Assembly (NCBI GenBank): GCA_018675975.1
Contig: JABGXB010000002.1
Span: 124,001-188,000 of the forward strand
Direction of reading: 5' to 3'
DNA: 64,000 bases
Source: Candidatus Woesearchaeota archaeon
GTDB taxonomy: Archaea; Nanobdellota; Nanobdellia; Woesearchaeales; JABGXB01
Shown: positions 52,518 to 60,538 of the stretch, one piece after another
Layout of the letters: every line of letters starts with the position of its first letter
Position numbering within the stretch: position 1 is the first letter of the stretch
Program-made: the position numbers and the translations under genes
Notes under the pieces: model-generated
Told to the model about the DNA's origin: nothing
What the model saw: only the letters and a program-made list of their open reading frames with translations
Databases searched by the model: none

Positions 52518-53605
52518 TTGTTCTTACCTCCTCGATTATTAGATTTAACATCAGAAGTTTTAGATTTACTAATTGCTCTTTTGTCATTTACATTACTTTT
52601 TACTTTTTTAGTCGGTTTTACAGATTTACTATTTCTAACTTGTTTTGATTTCAATCCACGCTTACCATCTTTATCTAATTTTTCTACTCTTCTATCTTTC
52701 CGTTCCTGTTTTCTTTCTTTTATATTTTCTTTTAATTTATTAAATTTAGATTTTACATCTAACTTTGCTTTTACTCTTTCTTTTTTAATATCACTAAAAG
52801 CTTGTCTTTTTTCTTCTTTAGTCATTTCACCCATTCTAGATTTAATTTCTTGTCTTGCTTCTTTTAAATTCAACTTACCTTCTTTTATACCTTGAATAAG
52901 TTCTTTTTTTTCTAAACCTAATTTACCAAAAAAGTGAGATAATTTATTTGCATTATATTCATCTCTTTTTTCTTTAATTCTATCTCTAAGTTCTTTTAAT
53001 TCAGATTTATCAACTTTTTCCACCATTAATTTTAATTCTTTTAAATCTTCTTTTGGAATTACTTCATGCACTGTTTTTCTAAAATTTTGAACTAACTCTC
53101 TAGCATCTTTTTTTAAATCCACAAAATTTTGAACTGAATCTTCACTACTAATATTAGCACTAACAACTTCATTTTTTATTTCACTCAATTCATTTAATAT
53201 TAATTCTAATTCTTGAGAACTTATATTTAATTCATTAACAGCATCTACAATACTTTGAGCTTTTAATATTGAAACAGATATAGATTTTTCTAATTGTAAT
53301 AATCTCATTTCTCTTCCACGTAAACCATCCATAGCTCTTAATTCATTTTCTGTTTCTTCATCTACTGAATCATCTTCAGGAATTTCTTGATCAGTTTCAT
53401 TATTTTCTATACTAATAGTTTCTATAGTAACATTATTCAAATCAGTTAAATTATTATCAGTACTTTCAACATCTTCTAAATTAGTTACTTCTATATTTGT
53501 ATTTTCTAAACTATTATCTTCAGTAGTATTTTCTTCAGCTATAGCTGCTGGAGCAATACTAAATACTAATAATAACATCATCATCATTGTATATATTTTT
53601 TTCAT
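52514..53605 (-). CDS. Secreted helical/coiled-coil protein
   Basis: Signal peptide, acidic N-terminus, basic C-terminus; GGAGG SD. Confidence 0.7.
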   Translation of the reverse strand: MKKIYTMMMMLLLVFSIAPAAIAEENTTEDNSLENTNIEVTNLEDVESTDNNLTDLNNVTIETISIENNETDQEIPEDDSVDEETENELRAMDGLRGREMRLLQLEKSISVSILKAQSIVDAVNELNISSQELELILNELSEIKNEVVSANISSEDSVQNFVDLKKDARELVQNFRKTVHEVIPKEDLKELKLMVEKVDKSELKELRDRIKEKRDEYNANKLSHFFGKLGLEKKELIQGIKEGKLNLKEARQEIKSRMGEMTKEEKRQAFSDIKKERVKAKLDVKSKFNKLKENIKERKQERKDRRVEKLDKDGKRGLKSKQVRNSKSVKPTKKVKSNVNDKRAISKSKTSDVKSNNRGGKNK

Positions 53606-53644
53606 AATTTTCCTCCAGGTATTTTTTACCTATATTCTTGTAAA

Positions 53645-53697
53645 CAGGAACAACATATTAATTTTAGCCGGAATAAACCGGAACAAAGTGAAACAAA
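53645..53697 (-). promoter_or_regulatory. Phased 10-bp direct repeats (putative regulator binding sites)
   Basis: Plus-strand CCGGAATAAA-CCGGAACAAA-GTGAAACAAA at 53668-53697 plus CAGGAACAAC at 53645, flanking a TATA-like AT tract. Confidence 0.55.
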
Positions 53698-53698
53698 C

Positions 53699-54412
53699 TC
53701 ACTTTTTTAATGAAATTAAGTTTGTCATACCTTTTGATTCTTTAATAATAATATTTTTTCTAATTAATGAGTCAATATTACGTGAAAGTGAAGCTTTTGG
53801 AATATTTATTACTTTTTGCAAATATGCTTGAGTTACTGAACCTTTATTTTTTATAATTAAATCAAAAATTTGTTTTTGTCTATCAGTTAAAGCATTAGTA
53901 TTATATTTATTTTTTTTATTTTTTCTATATTTAATATAATAAATTAAATAAATTATTAAAATTGTTAAAGTTATTAAAAATACTAATGAATAATTATCTT
54001 CATTAGTTTTACTATATGAATATTGTGCCAAAAATTTAAGTTCTGCACTTTGAGCAGTACTTGTAATAATTATTCTATTATCACTATTATCAATATTTAA
54101 AATATTTGGAATTTTTATATAATTGATATTTGTATTTTGTGGAAACTTTAATTCAAAAATGTATTCAGAAAATGTTTCATCAATACTAAAATTAATTATC
54201 CAAAATTCACCTTTTTTTGAAGTATAATTTTGACTTATATGATTTTGTAATAATGGATGATTACTATTTCCAGATATTTCAACTAAACCAGTTTCACTAA
54301 TATCAAAAATAATATCTGCTTGATAGTCTATTGCTGAAACTAATGAAAATGTAAATATTAAAATAAATAAAGTAATTATATACTTTTTAATAACCATATA
54401 TCTTAATTTCAC
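53699..54412 (-). CDS. Membrane-anchored winged-helix regulator with extracellular domain
   Basis: Signal peptide, beta-rich domain, TM helix, LTDRQKQI..TQAYL..IPKASLSRNIDSL. Confidence 0.8.
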   Translation of the reverse strand: MKLRYMVIKKYIITLFILIFTFSLVSAIDYQADIIFDISETGLVEISGNSNHPLLQNHISQNYTSKKGEFWIINFSIDETFSEYIFELKFPQNTNINYIKIPNILNIDNSDNRIIITSTAQSAELKFLAQYSYSKTNEDNYSLVFLITLTILIIYLIYYIKYRKNKKNKYNTNALTDRQKQIFDLIIKNKGSVTQAYLQKVINIPKASLSRNIDSLIRKNIIIKESKGMTNLISLKK

Positions 54413-54522
54413 ATAGTTCTTATTAAATCTTTCGACAAATATGTCAAAAACAATAGTAGATCCACAAAAATATACATTTTATAATAATAAGAATTTATAT
54501 AATCAAATAAAAAATAAAATAT

Positions 54523-54909
54523 ATGAAAAATGAACCAAAAGTATTTGAAATTTCAGATTATTTAAAAAATTATAATAGATTAGATTATTTAAATAAATTT
54601 TATGCTTTATTAAAAGAAAAAGTTCTAACAGAAGACCCAGTTCAAAAAACTGAGGAAGGTCTTGTGCAAATTATTGAAACAAGGAGATTTCATAGTTATG
54701 GCATGGAATTATATAATTTAAATAATTCAATTTTAGTATTAGAATATTCTGGAATGTGGACAGGTTATGCTCATGAAAACAAATTTCCCCCAGAATTAAA
54801 AGATGCAAATATATCTGGATTACGTTTAACTATACATAATTCTAATGAAGAATTAGAAAAACAAATTAAAGAAACAATTAAATATTTTTCTAAAAATTAT
54901 AAAAAGTAA
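54523..54909 (+). CDS. Hypothetical protein
   Basis: 128-aa ORF with upstream TATA box. Confidence 0.55.
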   Translation: MKNEPKVFEISDYLKNYNRLDYLNKFYALLKEKVLTEDPVQKTEEGLVQIIETRRFHSYGMELYNLNNSILVLEYSGMWTGYAHENKFPPELKDANISGLRLTIHNSNEELEKQIKETIKYFSKNYKK

Positions 54910-54959
54910 ATTCTAAATCTAAAAGATAGGTATATAAGAATAACTAATTATCTCAAATT

Positions 54960-56108
54960 ATGAAAATAATTAAAAATTTTGCTATAAATTTAGATAGTAA
55001 AACACGAGAACAATTTGATAATTGTTGTGAGGAAACTTTTGTACATAAAGCATCCTTAATGCCAGATGCACATTATGGTTATGTGGCACCAATTGGTTCA
55101 GTTTTAATTACAATTGATCATATCGTCCCATCATGGGTTGGTTATGATATTGGTTGTGGTATGATTGCATGTAAATTTGTTAAAGAAAATATTGTAAATG
55201 AAATTAATTTAAATTCTAAAATCATTTTTGATAAAGTAAATGTTCAAATTCCTATGGGTAAGGGAAAAGTTCGATCAAATAAAAGTGTATCAAGAAAAAC
55301 TCAAGATGAATTTGATAAAATATTAAAACAATTTAAAAATGGCCCATATGCAAAAGATGTATTAAATATGATTGAATCAAAATCATTATTACATTTAGGT
55401 ACATTAGGTTCCGGGAATCATTTTATTGAATTAGGTTTTGATTCAAATAATAAAAATGTATTGTGGCTTATTATTCATAGTGGTTCTAGAGGTGTGGGAC
55501 ATACTGTTGCAACACATTATATGAAAAAAGCTGCAGATAAAAATAAAGAATTCGAAAAAACTTTTTCATTAGAAACTAATTCATTAAAAGGAAAAGAATA
55601 TTTAAATGTATTAAATTTTGGATTAGAATTTGCATTATTAAATAGATTAGAAATGGCATACAAAGTAAGAAATGTTTTAAGAAATGTATTAGAAGATGAA
55701 AAATTAGATTTTGAATTATGGGTAAATAAAAATCACAATCACATTGCTTTTGAAAATGGAGAATATATTCATAGAAAAGGAGCTACTCCCGCTAAACTAA
55801 AAGAGAGAGGAGTTATTCCAGCTAATATGAGAGATGGCTCATTTTTAGTTGAAGGACTTGGTAATGAAGAATTTTTAAATTCCTCTTCACATGGTGCAGG
55901 TCGAAGATTAAGTAGAAGTCAAGCTAAAACAGAAATTTCAATGAAAGATTTTGAAAAATCAATGAAAGGTATTGTAGGAAAGATTGATCATACAACATTA
56001 GATGAAGCTCCAGAAGCATATAAAAATATTTATGATGTAATGGAAGCACAAAAAGAAAGTGTGAAAGCAATTGCTCAGATTAAACCAATAATTAATTGGA
56101 AAGGATAA
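54960..56108 (+). CDS. rtcB: RtcB-family RNA 3'-phosphate/5'-OH ligase
   Basis: MPDAH, GYDIGCG, GTLGSGNHF, HSGSRG, HN, HRKGA, HGAGR, DEAPEAYK. Confidence 0.95.
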   Translation: MKIIKNFAINLDSKTREQFDNCCEETFVHKASLMPDAHYGYVAPIGSVLITIDHIVPSWVGYDIGCGMIACKFVKENIVNEINLNSKIIFDKVNVQIPMGKGKVRSNKSVSRKTQDEFDKILKQFKNGPYAKDVLNMIESKSLLHLGTLGSGNHFIELGFDSNNKNVLWLIIHSGSRGVGHTVATHYMKKAADKNKEFEKTFSLETNSLKGKEYLNVLNFGLEFALLNRLEMAYKVRNVLRNVLEDEKLDFELWVNKNHNHIAFENGEYIHRKGATPAKLKERGVIPANMRDGSFLVEGLGNEEFLNSSSHGAGRRLSRSQAKTEISMKDFEKSMKGIVGKIDHTTLDEAPEAYKNIYDVMEAQKESVKAIAQIKPIINWKG

Positions 56109-56125
56109 GTATTCTAAAAATATAA

Positions 56126-56689
56126 TTAAGTGTTACTAATACTTAATTTCTTAACAATTTGATCAATAATTTCATTTTTAGATTTATTTTCTACATAAAT
56201 TAAAATATTTGAAACATCTATTAAATGGGGTTTTGTTTTAAAATAATCTATTTTTGTTTTTTCTAATAAATCATTTTGATTTAAATCTTTAAAATGTTCT
56301 CGATTTTTTTCTCTTTCAAAAAGGAATTCAATACTCATATTATCATTTTGATATGGTAATAAACCAATTACAAAACTTTTTTGAGGTAAAATTGATCTAA
56401 TGATTTGAGAATATTTTTGTCCAAGTTCTGTTTTAGAGCTGATTGAACCACCAGGCACATCTAAAACCGCATTTTCTTTTTCTAATAAATCTTCAATTAA
56501 TTTAGTTCCTAAACTATAAATTAATTCTTTTTTATTATTTTTAATACAATAATCTAACCCACCTTCTTCTTTTAATACGTGATCCATTAATTTATCACAT
56601 TCATAAGATTGAAAATTTAGTTTCTTAGCTAATAATTTTGAAATTGTAGTTTTACCAACAGATCTTGAGCCAATAATTGTATAAATCAT
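56126..56689 (-). CDS. Shikimate-kinase-like P-loop kinase
   Basis: IIGSRSVGKTT, D.D-like segment, PGG. Confidence 0.7.
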   Translation of the reverse strand: MIYTIIGSRSVGKTTISKLLAKKLNFQSYECDKLMDHVLKEEGGLDYCIKNNKKELIYSLGTKLIEDLLEKENAVLDVPGGSISSKTELGQKYSQIIRSILPQKSFVIGLLPYQNDNMSIEFLFEREKNREHFKDLNQNDLLEKTKIDYFKTKPHLIDVSNILIYVENKSKNEIIDQIVKKLSISNT

Positions 56690-57045
56690 TTTTTATTATT
56701 TAATCCAATAACAATAGTTGCAATTAAAATACCAAAATCCCTTACTGCAGAATCTACATATCCAATACTAATAATGACAAAAAACAAATGTAAACTCGCT
56801 AATATTGCAAAAATTCTAAGTTTATATCCTAAAAGAAAACTAATTGAAACTATTAAATTAAATATACCAGTTAGAATAATCAATGAATTTGAAATTCCAT
56901 TTAATAAAACCCAATTTGGTAAATAACCAATAAAACTCTCACTATTGAAAATTTGATTTAATCCAAAATATAAAAAAACTAAACCAATTCCAATTCTTAA
57001 AATTGAATTGGAATATTTAGAATATTTATTAAAAAACTTATTCAA
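56686..57045 (-). CDS. DoxX-family membrane protein
   Basis: LRIGIGLVFLYFG, VRDFG. Confidence 0.8.
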   Translation of the reverse strand: MNKFFNKYSKYSNSILRIGIGLVFLYFGLNQIFNSESFIGYLPNWVLLNGISNSLIILTGIFNLIVSISFLLGYKLRIFAILASLHLFFVIISIGYVDSAVRDFGILIATIVIGLNNKK

Positions 57046-57430
57046 TTTTTAAAAATCCTTTCATATCTCTATGACCATGTCCACAAGGCACATTACAAAA
57101 GTATTTATAATTTCCAGATTTTTTTGCTACAAATTCAATTACTTGTTGTCCGCCCTCCTCAATACGACCTGTTGCAATACCTAATTCTGGAATTGCTAAA
57201 CCATGATTACCTTGTTTACCATTAACAATTAATCTTACACTATCTCCTTTATTAATTGTAACATCACTAGCTTCAAACTTCCAATTAGATGCATCCATAG
57301 TTAATTCTTTTGCATTTTCTAAATCAAATTCTAAATTTTTATTATTACTCTCAACTTGAATAGTTTCACTTGAGCATCCAATTAATAACAAACTCAAAGA
57401 CATAATTAAAAACATAATATATTTTTTCAC
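57038..57430 (-). CDS. Cupredoxin lipoprotein with CuA-type motif
   Basis: LIGC lipobox; HG...FCNVPCGHGHRDM. Confidence 0.8.
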   Translation of the reverse strand: MKKYIMFLIMSLSLLLIGCSSETIQVESNNKNLEFDLENAKELTMDASNWKFEASDVTINKGDSVRLIVNGKQGNHGLAIPELGIATGRIEEGGQQVIEFVAKKSGNYKYFCNVPCGHGHRDMKGFLKIE

Positions 57431-57485
57431 ATTATCACCAATATTGAAATAATTATAATTGTTTAAAAAGATTGTTAAATTAAAA

Positions 57486-58001
57486 TCAGATTTTATTTAT
57501 TTCTTTTTCTAAATTATAATTTAATTTATTATATGGCAACTTAGATAATAATAATCCCATAGTACAACTATTTGTAATAGCTGAAAACGTTAAACCAGCC
57601 CCAAAAAATATTGGAATAATAATAAACCATTTATTTAAAAAAGTCAATAGGGAACCAATTAAAACAAAAGAACCTGCAACAAATCTAACTTGTCTTTGAA
57701 TATCCCATTTTTGTGTACCTACAATTGTCTTATATTCTTTTTTCCAATTTTCAATTCCACCTTGTAAAATATTAATATCTTTTTTAGATAATTTTTGACA
57801 AGCCATATTTGATCTCATTCCAGATTTACAAATAATAACTACATTTTTATTTTCAATTACTGAATTAATTTTTTCAATATATTCTAAGGGAATATTAATT
57901 GAATTTGATATATGTTCCGATTCAAATTCTGCAGGAGATCTAACATCGATTAAAATAAATTCAGATTTATTTGCAATATCATTTGGTTTTAATAAATTCA
58001 T
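57486..58001 (-). CDS. Rhodanese domain plus DUF2892 membrane domain (YgaP-like)
   Basis: IDVRSPAEF..HI, CKSGMRS, GGI..W, QRQVR, C.MG.LL.KLPYN. Confidence 0.88.
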   Translation of the reverse strand: MNLLKPNDIANKSEFILIDVRSPAEFESEHISNSINIPLEYIEKINSVIENKNVVIICKSGMRSNMACQKLSKKDINILQGGIENWKKEYKTIVGTQKWDIQRQVRFVAGSFVLIGSLLTFLNKWFIIIPIFFGAGLTFSAITNSCTMGLLLSKLPYNKLNYNLEKEINKI

Positions 58002-58087
58002 AGATTTTTAAATATTTATTTAAATATAAACATATTGATCATTAAAAATATAATTAAATTTATATATAATTATAGTTTACCAATATT

Positions 58088-58129
58088 ATGAATAAAATTA
58101 AATATAGTGATTGCCGGTGGCAACTATAA
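58088..58129 (+). other. Candidate leaderless upstream ORF MNKIKYSDCRWQL
   Basis: ATG lies about 25 nt after TTTATATA (58059-66) and overlaps a GC-rich hairpin. Confidence 0.3.
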
Positions 58130-58191
58130 GTTCAATTTAATTAATCTATTTTTCTATTGGCAGTATTAAATTAATTTTCTAAAATAATTAA

Positions 58192-58259
58192 GAAGATATA
58201 GTTTAATGGTAAAATATTTAGTATTCTAAAAGCTCTAAGTTCGAATCTTGGTATCTTTA
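58192..58259 (+). ncRNA. tRNA-like cloverleaf with a 4-nt anticodon loop (no anticodon)
   Basis: GAAGATA/TATCTTT acceptor; TA; GTTT-AATGGTA-AAAT D arm; TTTAG-TATT-CTAAA; AGCT; CTAAG-TTCGAAT-CTTGG T arm. Confidence 0.75.
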
Positions 58260-58278
58260 AAACATGGAGGATAAGAAA

Positions 58279-58986
58279 ATGAAAACTATAATTAAAGGAG
58301 AAGGAAAACCTATAATAGGTATAATTGGAGCATTACACGGAGATGAAATAATCGGTGTAAATGTAATAGAACAATTAAAAGATTTAAAACTAAATAAAGG
58401 AACAATAAAATATATTATTGCAAATCAAGAAGCTATAATAAAAAATACTAGATGTATTGATCAAGATTTAAATAGATCATTTCCAGGTGAAAAAAATGGA
58501 AATAATGAACAGAATTTAGCTTATCAAATAATGGATTTAATTAAAGATTGTGATTATATAATTGACATACATTCAACTGATAGTCTAATTGAGAGTTTTA
58601 TTGTATTAACAAAAGATAATAAGTTTATTAGAGATGAATTAGAAAATGTTTTATTAAATAAAGTTGTCATTATGGGATTTAAAGGAAAAGAAAAATCATT
58701 AATAGAACATTCAAAATTTGGTTTTTCATTGGAATTTAATAAAAGTGTCGATGAAAATCAAGTAACTGAAATAGTAAAAAATTATTTAAAATATTTAAAT
58801 ATAATTGACGGAAAAAGTAAAACAATGAGTAAAGAATATTATTATGTATATGAAAAATTAAGTAATTATAATGGTAAACTAAATAATTTTGAATTAGTAA
58901 ATGTAAACGGCGAAGAATTTTATCCAATATTAGCTAATGAAAAAAATTATGAGTTTAATTGCTTTAAAGCAAAAAAACTCAATTAA
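58279..58986 (+). CDS. Succinylglutamate desuccinylase/aspartoacylase-family Zn hydrolase
   Basis: HGDE, DLNRSFPG, IDIHS, LE; GGAGG SD before ATG 58279. Confidence 0.88.
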   Translation: MKTIIKGEGKPIIGIIGALHGDEIIGVNVIEQLKDLKLNKGTIKYIIANQEAIIKNTRCIDQDLNRSFPGEKNGNNEQNLAYQIMDLIKDCDYIIDIHSTDSLIESFIVLTKDNKFIRDELENVLLNKVVIMGFKGKEKSLIEHSKFGFSLEFNKSVDENQVTEIVKNYLKYLNIIDGKSKTMSKEYYYVYEKLSNYNGKLNNFELVNVNGEEFYPILANEKNYEFNCFKAKKLN

Positions 58987-59105
58987 TTTTTTTTATTTTT
59001 AATAAATTTCAGATAATATGGCAATTTCCTATACCATAAAAACAAAAGATAGGGAAACTGAATGTCTTAAATTAAAGAACCGGTCAGAATTTATGACCTC
59101 AAAAA

Positions 59106-59157
59106 ATACCCCTACAAACTGTCAAATTACAAAACATTCATATAAAAGTAGGGGTAT
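59106..59157. repeat. 10-bp terminal inverted repeat at the breakpoint of a truncated MFS gene
   Basis: ATACCCCTAC...GTAGGGGTAT. Confidence 0.5.
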
Positions 59158-59428
59158 ATATAATTATGGCAGTACTTCCTGAAAGAAAAAAACCTAATAA
59201 TACAGAATATTTTCTACTATACTCATCTGCAAAACCTCCAGTTATAAGTTCAAATAAAAATATTGTTGCACTATTCGCAGCATATATGATTGAAATTTGA
59301 AAAAAAGTTAGACCTATATTTAAAAAATAAAGCATCATAAATGGAACTATCATATTAGATAAAGTTGTGACCATTGTTCCAAAATAAAATGGCCATAATA
59401 AAGATAGTTCTTTTTTCTTAAATATCAT
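59138..59428 (-). pseudogene. Truncated MFS transporter (N-terminal helices only)
   Basis: GLT..QI, FELITGGFADEYSRK (MFS motif A), then an abrupt end at 96 aa. Confidence 0.8.
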
Positions 59429-59581
59429 AAAATAAAAGATGCATTTTAGTTTTTAAATTCAATGGGGAATATAACTAATGATTATGTTCCGTATGGAAGA
59501 ATTTTATATTTTTATTTAGTTTTAATATAATAATAAAGTTGGAAATTAAAATGAAGAAAATGATAATGGAGTTTATGTAAA

Positions 59582-60058
59582 ATGGGAGATGATTTTTTAT
59601 ATAAAGCCGCACTGAAAATTGCATTAGAACAATATTTTGATATTGTGTGTAGAAAAGAAATGAATATAGCTAAAATCTATGATAAATTTAAATTAGATAT
59701 GTCAGAGGCTGCCGACATGTGTTTTCCAGAACATAATGTAGAAGTAAATTTATGGTCTAAAGAAAAAGGTTATTTTTTACATGATGATGTTTTAGTTGAT
59801 GATTATGATGAGTATATGGAAAATGGAACTGTTCCTGAAGGCGTCCCTGAAAATTTTCTTAAACATTATAAAGATGATTATGACACTTATCATGGTTACA
59901 TTCATTGTGATGAAGAGTTTTATAATAATGCATTAAAAGGTTGCACAGAAAAAGTTAGACCTGATTTGGCAGAATTAGTAAATGTTGGAAAATTTACAAG
60001 AGGAAAAGAAATTTATAGAGCAACTCTAACAGCTAACGGATATTTGAATCCTAAATGA
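59582..60058 (+). CDS. Hypothetical acidic protein
   Basis: 158-aa ORF; no recognised motif. Confidence 0.55.
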   Translation: MGDDFLYKAALKIALEQYFDIVCRKEMNIAKIYDKFKLDMSEAADMCFPEHNVEVNLWSKEKGYFLHDDVLVDDYDEYMENGTVPEGVPENFLKHYKDDYDTYHGYIHCDEEFYNNALKGCTEKVRPDLAELVNVGKFTRGKEIYRATLTANGYLNPK

Positions 60059-60335
60059 TTAGAATTAATGGTTGATCTTGGTAATTTCATGATGAAAGAA
60101 TATGATGGAATATTAAGTATTGATAAACGTAGTAATTTTATTGACATTTCAGAAATAAAAAAAGAAATGGAAAAAAGAAAAGAAGAAGTTTATTTAACTA
60201 ATATGCAATTAAAATCATTAAATTAATTTTTAATAGAAAGCGCCTGGAGATTTGAGAATGAATGTTAAATTTGTTGATTCATAATAAGTAAATTACGGGA
60301 GCAAAAAAGCCCCAAAAAGTAAACATTTGGTAAAA

Positions 60336-60407
60336 AGCTCCTGGAGGGATTTGAACCCCCGACCTGCTGCTTACAAGGCAGCCGCTCTACCACTGAGCTA
60401 CAGAAGC
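60336..60407 (-). tRNA. tRNA-Thr(TGT)
   Basis: GCTTCTG-TAGCTCAGTGGTAGAGC..GCTGC-CTTGTAA-GCAGC..GGGGG-TTCAAAT-CCCTC-CAGGAGC-T. Confidence 0.97.
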
Positions 60408-60538
60408 GATAATATCAAATTTTGATTATTCTTTATAAAAGTTTTTAATTAAAATATAAAACAATGCAATAAACACAATTAAAACATTATATTTAGTATA
60501 AATAATGCTTATAAAACAATTTACACTTAAAAATTCTA

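Noticed and set aside
58192..58259. tRNA-like element as the distal att site of the tRNA-Arg element
   Set aside because: It shares only the universal GTTCGAATC with tRNA-Arg, its stems differ, and it is a complete cloverleaf rather than a 3' half.
60068..60226. 52-codon ORF MVDLGNFMMKEYDG...
   Set aside because: Short, with no motif or clear promoter; may be a gene fragment but cannot be supported.
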